Shown here piece after piece: positions 40,340-53,436 of a DNA stretch of 64,000 nt. Within the stretch, counting starts at the first letter, position 1; each line of letters opens with the position of its first letter. Below the pieces are notes generated by a model. It ran no database searches, was not told the DNA's origin, and worked only from the letters and a program-made list of their open reading frames with translations. The stretch is from assembly GCA_951406725.2 (NCBI GenBank), contig OX597821.1, positions 72,664,001 to 72,728,000 of the forward strand, read 5' to 3'. The position numbers and the translations under genes are program-made. Source of the DNA: Octopus vulgaris. Taxonomy: Eukaryota.

Positions 40340-41766
40340 TGTGTGTGTGTGTGTGTGTGTACGTAAATGTAATTCACAAATAGTCCTAATGAGAGAAATG
40401 TATCATCACTAGTTTCAAGGTGTGTGTGTTAATATTAACAGCATTTATCTCACAGAAGGCAATCTGAAAGGATATCTATTTCTATCTCAATAATGCCCCC
40501 CACCCTCTTGATCCTCCTCCATCAAACACACACACACACACACACTAAATCAGAGATTAGAATGAACATTGATGCAGTGAGATGGAGTCTTGATAACAGA
40601 CACATTCATATTAACACATACAGACAGCCACAAGAACACACACAAATGTGAAAAAGAGGATATGAAAGATTTGTCAAACGATAATCTGTTAAAGCTACAT
40701 CAATTGAGGTTAGTTTGCTTAAAGAACATCAGGTTTTTTTTTTCTGTTTTTTTTTTTTTCGAAGAGATATTTCCAAATTTATTTTTCGCATCCATTAAAA
40801 GAGAATTGAAACAAAACAAACGGTTGTTAGTCAAGCTGATTATTATAGATAAAGAGACATTAGGAAAAGAAGTCGTCATGAGAACCAGTAAAAGTTAACG
40901 AATGGTGTGCACCAGAATGAATCAGAAGAGTCTTTTATTGAGTGAGGTTGTGGTTGTTGTTTAGGCTCAGATCAAACAGACAGACGATCGGCTGCCATCT
41001 TGTTCTTTTTTAAATCATCGTTTCATTAACATTTGCATCACTAATTCTCTTTTAAAAGGTGTGAAGGTTATAACTTCACATTTTACCATTGTTTTGAAAA
41101 TATGGAATAGCATTTTAATATCTGCAGGAACTTGCCATCCAATAATGATCCTGAAGAATGTATAGACATCATATCACTGCACGCCTGTCTCTTGTGAATT
41201 TGTGATGATATACCATCACAGTAAGGCAGCGAGCTGGCAGAAACATTAGCATGCCGGGTGATATGCTTAGTGATATTTCATCTGTCTTTACGTTTTGAGT
41301 TCAAATTCCGCTGAGGTCGACTTTGCCTTTCGTCCTTTCGGCACTAATTGATAACTTCAAAATTGAAAGGGAGGAAGACATAAAAAGGAGATCTTGTATA
41401 TTCCCCATTTATAAAGAGTTGTGAAAACAGCCCTGGGGATGGAGGGGGTCGCCCCTAACCCCTAATTTTTTATATATATATTTTTCCAAACTAAAAATGT
41501 CAATTAAAAAAAAATTAAATTAAAATCATCTTGTAAATATAAAAAAGAAATACATTCTTTCCCCACAGACTAATAACAGTTAAGTTATATATTTTTTCCA
41601 ACTAATTTTATTGTATTTTATAGTAGATTATTTTAATTGCTTAAATTATTTTATTGGAAGTAACTTTCTATGTGTATTCCATACAATAAGGTTATCCTAA
41701 AAGAGGAGTTGTTCTATTGGTAAAATCCCAAATTTGTAATAATATTATATAGCCAAAGATAAGCCC

Positions 41767-43005
41767 TTGTACCTGGCTTTTGTTGACTTGGAGAAAGCCT
41801 TTGACAGGGTCCCCCGATCCCTTATCTGGTGGTCAATGAGGAAACTAGGGATAGAAGAATGGTTGGTGAGAGCTGTGCAAGCTATGTACAGAGACGCTGC
41901 TAGTAAGGTGAGGGTTGGCAACGGGTACAGTGAAGAATTCCGGGTAGAGGTTGGGGTCCACCAAGGTTCAGTCCTCAGTCCCCTCCTATTTATCATAGTC
42001 CTCCAGGCAATAACGGAGGAATTCAAGACAGGTTGCCCCTGGGAGCTCCTCTATGCTGACGACCTTGCTCTAATTGCTGAGACACTATCAGAACTGGAGG
42101 AGAAGTTTCAGGTGTGGAAACAAGGTTTAGAATCAAAGGGCCTTAGAATCAACCTAGCCAAAACCAAAGTCCTAATAAGTAGGAAGGTAGATCAATCACA
42201 AACGCCTTCAGGTAGATGGCCCTGCTCGATCTGTAAAAAAGGTGTAGGTAGAAACTCTATAAGATGCACCAAGTGTAAGCTATGGACACATAAGAGGTGC
42301 AGCAATGTCAAAGGAAGGCTAACTAGGAAAATAGTTTTTGTCTGTGGCAAATGCTCTGGAGCAATAAACACTGGAAATGTGCAGAGACCAACTTCTGCCA
42401 CGTTCCAGGGAGACAAACTAGAAGTAGTTGATAGCTTCCGCTACCTAGGAGACCAAGTCAGTAGCGGGGGTGGGTGTGCTGAAAGTGTAACTGCTAGAGT
42501 AAGAATAGCCTGGGCAAAGTTTAGAGAGCTCTTACCCCTGCTGGTGACAAAAGGCCTCTCGCTCAGAGTAAAAGGCAGACTGTATGATGCATGTGTACGT
42601 ACAGCCATGCTACATGGTAGTGAAACATGGGCCGTGACTGCTGAGGATATGCGTAAGCTCGCAAGAAATGAAGCCAGTATGCTCCGATGGATGTGTAATG
42701 TCAGTGTTCATAATCGTCAGAGTGTAAGTTCCTTGAGAGAAAAGTTGAACCTAAGAAGCGTCAGTTGTGGTGTGCAAGAGAGACGGCTGCGCTGGTATGG
42801 TCATGTGACGAGAAAGGCTGAAGATAGTTGTGTGCAAAAGTGCTACACCCTAGCAGTTGAGGGAACCTGTGGAAGAGGTAGACCCAGGAAAACCTGGGAC
42901 GAGGTGGTGAAGCACGACCTTCGAACTTTAGGTCTCACTAAGGAAATGTCTAGAGACCGAGACCTATGGAAGTATGCTGTGCGTGAGAAGACCTGGCAAG
43001 ACTAG
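41767..43005 (+). CDS. RTE LINE reverse transcriptase (5'-truncated, no true start) with an inserted PHD-type zinc finger
   Basis: FVDLEKAFD, GVHQGSVLSPLLF, LLYADD (YADD at 42052-42063), FRYLG, HGSETW, RRLRWYGHV, GRGRPRKTW. C4HC3 cluster at 42223-42354. Confidence 0.92.
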   Translation: MYLAFVDLEKAFDRVPRSLIWWSMRKLGIEEWLVRAVQAMYRDAASKVRVGNGYSEEFRVEVGVHQGSVLSPLLFIIVLQAITEEFKTGCPWELLYADDLALIAETLSELEEKFQVWKQGLESKGLRINLAKTKVLISRKVDQSQTPSGRWPCSICKKGVGRNSIRCTKCKLWTHKRCSNVKGRLTRKIVFVCGKCSGAINTGNVQRPTSATFQGDKLEVVDSFRYLGDQVSSGGGCAESVTARVRIAWAKFRELLPLLVTKGLSLRVKGRLYDACVRTAMLHGSETWAVTAEDMRKLARNEASMLRWMCNVSVHNRQSVSSLREKLNLRSVSCGVQERRLRWYGHVTRKAEDSCVQKCYTLAVEGTCGRGRPRKTWDEVVKHDLRTLGLTKEMSRDRDLWKYAVREKTWQD

Positions 43006-45250
43006 TCAGGCCATAACCCGTGGCCCCTACCTGGGACGTAGTCAGTCCTCCTGTGCATACCTTCCTTCTTGTGACACTTATGAAGACCTGTTGAGGCAAG
43101 TGAAAATCAAATCAAATCAAAACAAATCAAAATAGATGAACATCAGTGGAATTGTATTCTTTGTGGTACCAGTGCCGGTGGCACACAAGAAAACCACCCA
43201 AACGTGGCTGTAGCCAGTACCGCATCGACTGGCCTCCGTGCTGTGGGCACAACAAACACCATCCGATCGTGGCCGTTCGCCAGCCTCATCTGGCACCTGT
43301 GTCGGTGGCACATAAAGACACCATCCGAAGACCCGGCGACGTAGTCAGTCCACCTGTGCATACCTTCCCTCTTATGACACTTGTGAAGACCTGTTGAGGC
43401 AAGTGTGTGACACTTGTGAAGACCTGTTGAGGCAGAGGCAAGTGTGTGACACTTGTGGAGACCTGTTGAGGCAAGTGTGTGACCCTTGTGAAGACCTGTT
43501 GAGGCAAGTGAAAATCAAAAATCAAATCAAACCAAATCAAAATAGATGAACATCAATGGAATTTGTATCTTGTGGTTCCAGTACCGGTGGCACACAAGAA
43601 AACCATCCGAACGTGGCTGTAGCCAGTACCGCATCGACTGGCCTCCGTGCTGTGGGCACAACAAACACCATCTGATCGTGGCCGTTCGCCAGCCTCATCT
43701 GGCACCTGTGTCGGTGGCACATAAAAACACCATCCGAAGACCCGGCGACGTAGTCAGTCCACCTGTGCATACCTTCCCTCTTATGACACTTGTGAAGACC
43801 TGTTGAGGCAAGTGTGTGACACTTGTGAAGACCTGTTGAGGCAGAGGCAAGTGTGTGACACTTTGTGAAGACCTGTTGAGGCAGAGGCAAGTGTGTGACA
43901 CTTGTGGAGACGTGTTGAGGCAAGTGTGTGACACGTGTGACACTTGTGAAGACCTGTTGAGGCAAGTGAAAATCAAACCAAACTTGTGAAGACCTGTTGA
44001 GGCAAGTGAAAATCAAACCAAATCAAAATAGATGAACATCAATGGAATTTGTATCTCTGTGGTTCCAGTACCGGTGGCACACAAGAAAACCATCCGATCG
44101 TGGCCGTTCGCCAGTTTCATCTGGCACCTGTGTCGGTGGCACATAAAAACACCATCCGAAGACCCGGCGACGTAGTCAGTCCACCTGTGCATACCTTCCT
44201 ACTTATGACACTTGTGAAGACCTATTGAGGCAAGTGAAAATCAAAATCAAATCAAATCAAATCAAACCAAATCAAAATAGATGAACATCAATGGAATTTG
44301 TATCTTTGTGGTACCAGTACCGGTGGCACACAAGAAAACCATCCGAACGTGGCCGTAGCCAGTACCGCATCGACTGGCCTCTGTGATGTGGGCACATAAC
44401 AAACACCATCCGATCGTGGCCGTCCGCCAGCCTCATCTGGCACCTGTGTCGGTGGCACATAAAAACACCAACCGAAGACCCGGCAAGACTAGTCAGGCCA
44501 TAACCCGTGGCCCCTACTTGGGACGTAGTCAGTCCACCTGTGCATACCTTCCTTCCTTCTTGTGACACTTGTGAAGACCTGTTGAGGCAAGTGAAAATCA
44601 AATCAAATCAAATCAAAATAGATGAACATCAATGGAATTTGTATCTTGTGGTACCAGTGCCAGTGGCACACAAGAAAACCATCCGAACGTGGCCGTAGCC
44701 AGTACCGCATCGACTGGCCTCCGTGCTGTGGGCACGCAACAAACACCATCCGATCGTGGCCGTTCGCCAGCCTCATCTGGCACCTGTGTCGGTGGCACAT
44801 AAAAACACCATCCGAAGACCCGGCAAGACTAGTCAGGCCACCTGGGACGTAGTCAGTCCACCTGTGCATACCTTCCTTCTTGTGACACTTGTGAAGACCT
44901 GTTGAGGCAAGTGAAAATCAAATCAAATCAAAACAAATCAAAATAGATGAACATCAATGGAATTTGTATCTTTGTGGACCAGTGCCGGTGGCACACAAGA
45001 AAATCATCCGAACGTGGCCGTAGCCAGTACCGCATAGACTGGCCTCCGTGCTTTGGGGACGTAACAAACACCATCCGATCGTGGCCGTCCGCCAGCCTCA
45101 TCTGGCACCTGTGTCGGTGGCACATAAAAACACCATCTGAGCGTGGCCGTCTGCCAGCCTCGTCTGGCACCTGTGTCGGTGGCACATAAAAACACCATCC
45201 GAGCGTGGCCGTTCGCCAGCCTCGTCTGGCACCTGTGTCGGTGGCACATA
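43006..45250 (+). repeat. Six tandem 300-420-bp 3' UTR modules with nested 25-31-bp and 60-bp repeats
   Basis: GTAGTCAGTCCNCCTGTGCATACCTTCC recurs near 43038, 43341, 43750, 44172, 44526 and 44849. Confidence 0.9.
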
Positions 45251-45922
45251 AAATCACCCACTACACTCTCGGAGTGGTTGGCGTTAGGAAGGGCATCCAG
45301 CTGTAGAAACACTGCCAGATCTGACTGGCCTGGTGCAGCCTTCGGGCTCCCCAGACCCCAGTTGAACCGTCCAACCCATGCTAGCATGGAAAACGGACGC
45401 TAAATGATGATGATGATGATGATGATATACTCTCATGATAAATTTTGTGAAGGTACAAAGCAAAAATATTCTAAGCCTTATAAAATTGAGTCTGTACAAA
45501 CAAGGAAATTTATAGACCTTCAGAATTTATTTAGTTGAGACAGAAGACAAATGATTGATAAGATAACCAAAAGGTCAACAGACCATGTTGTGACATGAGT
45601 AATACATTGTTCTTGGCCAAAGTACTTAAACCTTAATAGTTCACTCCATCTCTCTCTACGTAGGCGGACAAAAATGGTTCCCTGCAGTTTGTAGCAGGAA
45701 TATTGTAAAATTAATGATTGAATTGTGAGAGCATTGGAATATAGCCCTGTGGTATTTCCTTTGGCTCTTTATATTCTGAGTTCAAATCCTGTTAAGATCA
45801 ACTTGGCCTTCCATCCTTCGGGGGTTGATAAAATAAAGTACAAATTAAGTTCTAGGGCTGACTAAATGCCCCCATCTCCCCTTCAAAACTGCTGGCACTG
45901 TACCTAAATTAGAAACAATATT

Positions 45923-46128
45923 CTTTTCTACTCAAGGTGTGAAGTTCTTTTGGGAGGCAGCCAGTTGATTAGATCAACCTCAGTATACAACTGGTACTTA
46001 ATTTATCAACCCCGAAAGGACAAAAGGCAAAGTTGACCTTGGCGGAATTTGAACTCAGAAGTAAAGACAGACAAAATACCACAAAGCATTTTGCCCAGCG
46101 TGCTAACATTTCTGCCAGCTCACTGCCT
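45923..46128 (-). mobile_element. SINE family B
   Basis: Reverse complement of 35932-36140. Confidence 0.75.
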
Positions 46129-46460
46129 AAATTAAAAACAATATTGTAAGATTAAGGGGTCCCACTGATATCTGTAATTTAACAAAACTGCTGAGTGGGG
46201 AGTCCCGACAATCATGATGACTTAGGGAATTGTCTTGGTTGACTGAAACAGCAATTCCCTAAGGAAATCAAGGCCTCTTTGGTAAAGAGAAATTCTTTAC
46301 TTTCCTCAGTATTATCATCATTACTGTCATCTCACCTAAAACTAGGTCTTTGGATTATTCCAGACAATAATATTGTTTCATTTTATTCATTTTGTTTGTG
46401 GTAGTTGGTGCTCATGTAGTAAAAGAGAAATTAGTTGTCTTGCAGGAATATGAAGACAAG

Positions 46461-46757
46461 CACATGGCCTAGTGGTTAGAGCAGCGGACTCGCGGTTGAG
46501 GGATCACGGGTTCGAATCTCAGACCAGGTGATGTGTGTATTTATGAGCGAAACACCTAAGCTCCACACGGCTCCGGAAGAAGATAATGGCGGACTTCTGC
46601 TGACTCTTTCGCCACAACTTTCTCTCACTCTTTCCTCCTGCATCTTGCAGCTCACCTGTGACGGACCAGTATCCCGTCCAGGTGGGGAACCTACACGCCA
46701 AAGAAACCAGGAAACCGGCCCTTATGAACCAGGCATGGCTCAAGAAGGAACAAACAA
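46461..46757 (+). mobile_element. SINE family C
   Basis: TGGCCTAGTGGTTAGAGC..GGTTCGAATCTC Pol III boxes. Confidence 0.8.
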
Positions 46758-47085
46758 GCGACACGAGTCAGCACTTTCAACCAATGAGATTAATAGTTTT
46801 CTTAATTATTATTTTTGTTAATCTATATCTCATTAATTAGCTAAAGCAGCTTAGTTGTTGGGGAATATAAAGTCGTTACAAAAACAGCTGGTGGTTGTTT
46901 TGAGAAATGAGTTTATTTTTTAAACCAACGTATTTGTAATCATTCACTTAAGCGTATTAATAATTAAAACTTGGTTTCACTATAGAATGATACTCAGAGG
47001 ATATTGACCAAGTAACTTAATAAACATAGCAAGAGTACCAGACTGATCGGTCAATTTTAGATATTCTAAAATCTTGACTCACAGT

Positions 47086-47319
47086 TTAACCCTTTCGTTA
47101 CCGTATTTATTTTGAGATGCTCTGTGTTTCAATCAATTAATTAATTTTAGATATAACAAAGAATTTAGTAAAACAACTTAGTTATCATTAAGCTAGTGTT
47201 AAGAACATAAATTGTGACTAAGGTTTGATGGAAGATTTTAATTCAAAACTTATGAAAACAAGACATTTATATTACAGAGCCAGAGCCGGTTTCAGCCAGG
47301 TTGGTAATGAAAGGGTTAA
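47086..47319. mobile_element. piggyBac-type MITE, opposite orientation
   Basis: TTAA duplication, TIR, and reverse complement of the 20964-21192 body. Confidence 0.9.
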
Positions 47320-48015
47320 CTGTCACCAATAGTCCAAAATTCACTATATGAAAGTATATTTATATGCTGGAAAAGAAAGTACAGAGCTGTAGAATGGATT
47401 TAGGTAGCTTCATTATTTCTTTATAATCTCAGTAAAAAGCTTAAAGAAAACAACAGAATAAAATTAAATTGGGAAACAAGTATTTATACAAGGCTGCTTG
47501 AGTGAGACTCTTGGAGTTTTACTGAAATAGGAAAATATATATTCAAAAGCAATTTCCTGTAATACATTACAAAATATATTGGTAAACAGTAAATATCAAC
47601 CAAGAAGATAGCTGTGTGCTTATTGTGGAACACACTTGGAGAGAAAGAAGATGAAGAAAGAAATGGTGAAATGATATCTAAAGATATTGGACTACACACA
47701 CGAGTTAACAAAGAATCAACCCAAGCTGTGATATGCTCGTTAGCATACCTGTCCAACCCATGCAGGTATTTACCTTTTATGTTTTACTTCTTTTAGTTAT
47801 TACACTGTGACCATGCTGGGGCATCGCCTTGATGAAATTTTTGTTGAATGAATCGACCTCAGCACTTTTAATTCTTTTTTTTTTTTTAAAGCTTAGTACT
47901 TATTCTATTGGTCTCCTTTGCTGCACTGCTAAGTTACAAGGGATGTAAACACACCAACACTGGTTGTCAAGTGGTGCTGAGAAGACAAACACAGGCACAA
48001 AGGTGCACACACATA

Positions 48016-49024
48016 CAAGGGGAAGTCAAACATTATCCGCACTTTCACCATAACATATCGTTATTATTGTCACACTGCTTCTGCACTTGCATGCTTATAG
48101 TTGGTACTATTGTGATCACGTGATCGAAGTTCAAGCCTGATCATGCCATTTTTTTTTTCTGGCTATACTGTGTAAGCATGGCCGTTCCACTAGCAATGTG
48201 CACCAAAGAAGAACAAAGAGCAGTGATCTGATTCCTCTGGGAAAGGACTGTACAATCAACAGTGCAAGATACAGTGCTTTGCTGGCCAACAAAATGATGC
48301 CAGGAATTCACACCAAGCACCGAAGCCTATTGTTGAAGAAAATTTTGTTGTTACATGACAATGCACGCCCCCACACGGCCAACCAGACTGTTGAAACCAT
48401 TAACCGATTGGGTTTTGAGGTGCTGGAACACCCTGGCTTACAGCCCAGATCTCACCCCTTCCAACTATCATATCTTTGGACTGCTCAAAGATGGTTTATG
48501 AGGTTGTTGATTTCCTACAGATGAAGACATGAAGGAAGCAGTGCCTAAATGGTTACACACCCAACCGAAAACCTTCTTCTTGGAGGGAATATGCAAGCTT
48601 GTGAACTGTCAGACCAAAGGCATCAAAAAGGAAGGAGCCTATACAGAAAAGTTATGCACGTGTTTATCCTCTGCTTTTATGTAAATACACAAAAACATTC
48701 AAGCGAGGTCATTACCAGTGCCGCTGGACTGGCTCCTGTGCAGGTGGCACATAAAAAGCACTATTTGGGCGTGGCCGTTGCCAGTACCACCAAACTGGCC
48801 CTCGTGCCGGTGGCACGGAAAATCACCCACTACACACTCGGAGTGGTTGGCGTTAGGAAGGGCATCAAGCTGTAGAAACTCTGCCAGATCAGATTGGAGA
48901 CTGGTTCGCCAGACCTTAGTCAAATCGTCCAACCCATGCTAGCATGGAAAGCAGATGTTAAATGATGATGATGATGATGATGACACTGGAAAAATGAGTG
49001 CGTATAATCTTTGACTCTCCCTTG
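48016..49024 (+). mobile_element. Internally deleted mariner element with a transposase pseudogene, inserted in a family A SINE and containing an RTE tail (48697-48983)
   Basis: TA flanks. TIRs CAAGGGGAAGTCAAACATTATCCGCACT / AGTGCGTATAATCTTTGACTCTCCCTTG. Motifs LLHDNARPH, LEHP and YSPDL(T)PS with frameshift and stops. Confidence 0.88.
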
Positions 49025-50602
49025 TAAGATATGTACATAAATATACACTGAGCTTCTTTCAGTTTCCATCCACTCACAAGACACTTTTCCAAGGTGTCTT
49101 GCAGTGGAACTGAAATCAGAACAATATGGTTAGGGAGGAAGCTTCTTACCATGCAACAATACTTATAGGTAGGGTAAAAAAAAAAAATAAAAAGCAATGC
49201 TAAAATGATGATAATAATGGATTCTTGAATTAGGAGAAATGAATTCAAATTCTACTTGAATGCATCGATGTTTAGAGAAGCTATTTAATATTTCTAATGC
49301 TTGATAATGTAACAAAGGAAAATTCTTGACTCAACAACCAAACTGAGTGCCACATAGAATTGCTGTTTTTTCTTCCAAATAACACAAAACATAACAAACA
49401 AGGTGATTCCTTTGCCTGAAATTTCTATAATCCATTTGACAATCTGTCAACATCCGAGTCCAGCAGAGGCAGGAATGACATTTCTTCACTAAAGATGCTG
49501 AAGGCCAAATTGAAGACCAAATCAATGGTTAATTACAATTAACCATTTAGCATTGAGATTATTCTGTGAAATGTTCTGCTTTTTCATTAATCATGGATTA
49601 TTTTGTTGCTTCAGAATTTTGATGATGAAATTGTATATTTTATAGTGGCCTTGAAAGGCAAGTGTGATAGGCTGGATCTGGCTGGTTAGAACAGAGCAGG
49701 AAGCATATTTGGGCCACATACGACCAGTTTAAATACTAAAAGGTTAAATAAAAGAAATTGACGTAATCCAAATGCAAGAATAACATGCTAAATTATCAAA
49801 TCTTCAACATTTATGTGTTGTTAAGAAAGAAGTTATGAGCTCCATGTGAAGCTGACACACGTGTATCACACAACTAATGTAAACAAGAAGAAAGCTGTGT
49901 CTGTGAACGGTAACATCTGTACCTTCTTTATCATTTATCTTCATAAATATCAGTGTCCCATAGCTCTGCACTTCTCTCTTTCTTTATCCACCCCAACCAC
50001 ACACACACACTCACTCAACTCTATCATCTGATAGAACAACTTTTTATCTCTGTAGTAATCTGGATGGTATGACCATTCTCAACAACTCTTGGGTGGAGTT
50101 GAAATTAGAGATACAGTAAGTAACCAGATTGACAACAACCAAAATATTGTGAATAAAATAGAATTATTCAAAAATAAAAACATTATTTGTCTATCAATAA
50201 CTGTAAATGTAGTCACTATGGAAACCTAAAACTGAAATACTTCAAGATTTATCTATCTTGATTAGTAAGGAAAAAAAAAAGTTTTTAAATTTATCTTGCT
50301 GAACTTTAAAAACTAAATAATCTGTCTCATAAATATCAGTATACTTGAAATGCCAAAAACGTTCTCCACTTCCATGTAATAAAAGTGTATGAAATATTTC
50401 TTGTTTAATCTGTCCCTACAACCATTCTTTTAATAACAAGAAAAAAGAAAAGTCTTTTTCTTCTTCAGTATTAATAGAAAGTTTTTTGTTCCTTAATAAC
50501 ACAATTATTAATATTTTAATGGTCTTCCTATTACAGAGTTAGGGCTGAACATAGCTGTGGAAACAAATATGTCTAAGGTTTTTAATACTGGAGATAATGG
50601 CT

Positions 50603-50950
50603 GAGGAGTGGCCCTGGCAAAAAGTTTGCTTTCCAATCACATGGTTCCTGGTTCAGACCCACTTTGTGGCACATTGGGGCAGGAGTCTTCTACTATAGCC
50701 TCAGACCAACTAAAGCCTTGTGAATGGATTTGGTAGACAGAAACTGAAAGAAGCCTGTTTGTATATGTATGTGTCTGTTACCCACCACCACTTGGTAACC
50801 AGTGTTGGTGTGTTTACGTCACCATAATTTAGTGCTTCAGCAAAAGGACCAAGAGAATAAATGCCAAGCTTTTAAAAAAAAGTACTGGAGTCAATTCATT
50901 TAATTAAAATTCTTCAATACAATGCCCCAGCATGAAATAAGTAAAAGACA
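50603..50950 (+). mobile_element. SINE family A
   Basis: Head and body match. Confidence 0.75.
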
Positions 50951-53284
50951 AAGAAGTCACTACTAGCCGATCCAAATAAAGGAAAATGTGATGCTGATGG
51001 AGTAGAATTCACCAAACACCAACATAATGATAAATCTGCTCTGTTTTTGCTATTCTGGTATCAGGTTTCATTTGATTAGAATAAAGAAGTTGACTTCATG
51101 CAATTTCAACAATAAAACAGCAAACCTCAACAATTCTATTATCTCTTCGTTGTTAATTGAATCCTCATCATTAAAGATAATATTTAACAGAAACAGTAGA
51201 GTGAACAAAATGCTTGGCGAGACACCTCTCTATATTTTGAATTCAGATTCAGTTGGGGGTCGACATTGATTTTCATCTTTTAAAGTCAATAAAATGTTTA
51301 ACAGCCAATCCAACCAACAACCATTCGTCTTTATCTCTTGGGCCTAAATAACCCTAATCCTTCTTTAAAGGACTAATTAACAACTAAAATGGATCAAAAT
51401 GGAAATCTTTTAAAAATCAAAAACTTTTTAAATTTAAAATATATTTATTTCTTCTTAAAATAAATAAATCTTAATTTTTAGTAAATTTCCATTTTTATTT
51501 ATTAAAAAAAAATTTTTTGTCATAAATTGGTTTAAAAGAAGGGCATAAGGTACTAAAAAATTGGTTACGGTGGAATTTGCAATATTTTAATAAGAATAAC
51601 TTAAAAACATTTAACAATAACAATTTTAGACATTGAGAATTATTTCACAGAGAAAGCAAGATTTATTTGAAATATAAAAAAGGAATATGAAGAAACAAAC
51701 ATTTTTACCTGTGTGCAAAAAAACAACAAAAAAAAGAACAAACGAAAATTTATAAGACAAACTTCATTTGACAGATGTTGGAGAAATTGGTGAAGAGTAT
51801 ATTATAAATAGGTGAAGCAGAGAGTATTATAAATAGGCGAGGCATAGAGTATTCATAAATAGGTAGAACCAAGGAATTATATAAATAGGAAAAGCACAAA
51901 ATGGAACCATCACCAAATAGAAATGAACTCTGTAAATCCCTGTTTACAACTGGTACCAAAGAATTGATGGGTGACAAATGGAAATCATTAAAATCAGAAA
52001 TCTATGCTTCATATTTAACTATTTACAGTAATGTCGTAAACATGTGAGTTGGCAGAAATGGAAAGGCTTTGATTTAAATAAATTGCAGTCTTTAATCTTA
52101 TCTTCTGAGATTAATTTTACTTTTCATTGCAAAATTTGTAAAACAAATACCAAGATTATTATATATTGAGGATTATCCAATCAGATGTAATTCTTTTCTA
52201 CAAAGATCGGTTAAGTGCTGAAGTAATTTTACAGCATTAGTATCGAGACAAGCTACTTTGTTCTCCAAAATGTTGGTACCAGTAGATCATATTTAGTCTC
52301 AAACTAGACATAATCCCAAACACCAGCAACATTAATCATTTAATCAAATGCCACAAAAGGCCTAATCATCAATCATTTCATGTCCGCAGCTAAATTAATT
52401 CTCAATTTATTCCAGTGGGGAATCAATCATTTGTCTTTTGCTCGTTAACAATCTAATTATTCTGTCAAATCTATTGCTAATTTATTCAAATTGTTTTGAA
52501 TTAATCATTCATTATCTTGTTGCCTCGAGATTTCAATAATGTGATTGTATATTTTCAGAATAACATCATTGTAGGGTTGGCGTGAGAGGCTGGATTTGGC
52601 CATGTCAAGCATAAAATATTCTGACTAGACACGATACTAAAGAGTGAAAACTTTCACTTTATGTTACTGTCTGGTTTCTCATGCAAGTAATGGCATTGGT
52701 AAGTTTGTAGTAAGTGAGATAAGCCTCTTTGGATTTGTGTCATTTCAAGTATGTGATTCACCATTTACCTCCCACACAATTGCAGCTCATCAGTTACAGC
52801 AAACACTCGTGTACCATCCATTCACTTGTGTCTGGGCATTTCTTCCAATTACATTAACTTAGAACTTTGTTCCCAAACCTCCGTATATCTTAACATTGCA
52901 GTCAATATGCGTTAATTAACAGGTTCCTCTCATATCGATGCAGATTTTCACCATTCACGGATACTCGCTAATACAACGCCATGAGTTATCATACTTAATC
53001 TAGTCTGCTAATAGGAATAGAATTTATTCTTAATTTCTTGCATTTCTCTGAAATGCTTGCTTTAATACACTTTCACTATGTTTGGTTGAGACAGTTGACC
53101 CATCCTTCATAATATCTTTTGACATGGAACTCATAGTAAGAGTTTAGCATAACTGCAGATGCCAAAGTTGCAGTACCAGTGAATCCAAAAACCTAGTCTT
53201 TAGTGAAACAACAGAGTTGATAACCATTCCTCTAATACTAATACCACCAAAGTAACAGAATTTAAAAAAACGAGAAAAAAAAAT

Positions 53285-53436
53285 TACACAGGATGGTTCA
53301 AATGCAAACAATTTTTCATATGAAAAACTATAACATTTACATATTTCTCCTCTTACAATAATTTCATTAATAATGCATCATATTTCAAAATATGAGCCAT
53401 TTTTTCTCAATCATTTCCAGTTGAACCAACCTTGTA
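53285..53436. mobile_element. Possible Tc1/mariner-type MITE
   Basis: TACACAGGATGGTTCAA ... TTGAACCAACCTTGTA imperfect inverted ends. Confidence 0.4.

Larger units (their letters stand above)
41749..45426 (+). mobile_element. 5'-truncated RTE-clade LINE with a tandemly expanded 3' UTR and (GAT)n tail
   Basis: The RT ORF runs into the 3' UTR modules and the dispersed tail sequence. Confidence 0.9.

Noticed and set aside
41453-41465. CCCTAA telomere-like motif
   Set aside because: Only two imperfect units, consistent with chance.
43117-45499. Many 60-160-aa ORFs and a CRISPR-like appearance of repeats
   Set aside because: Products of the tandem LINE 3' UTR modules; no unique spacers and a eukaryotic context.
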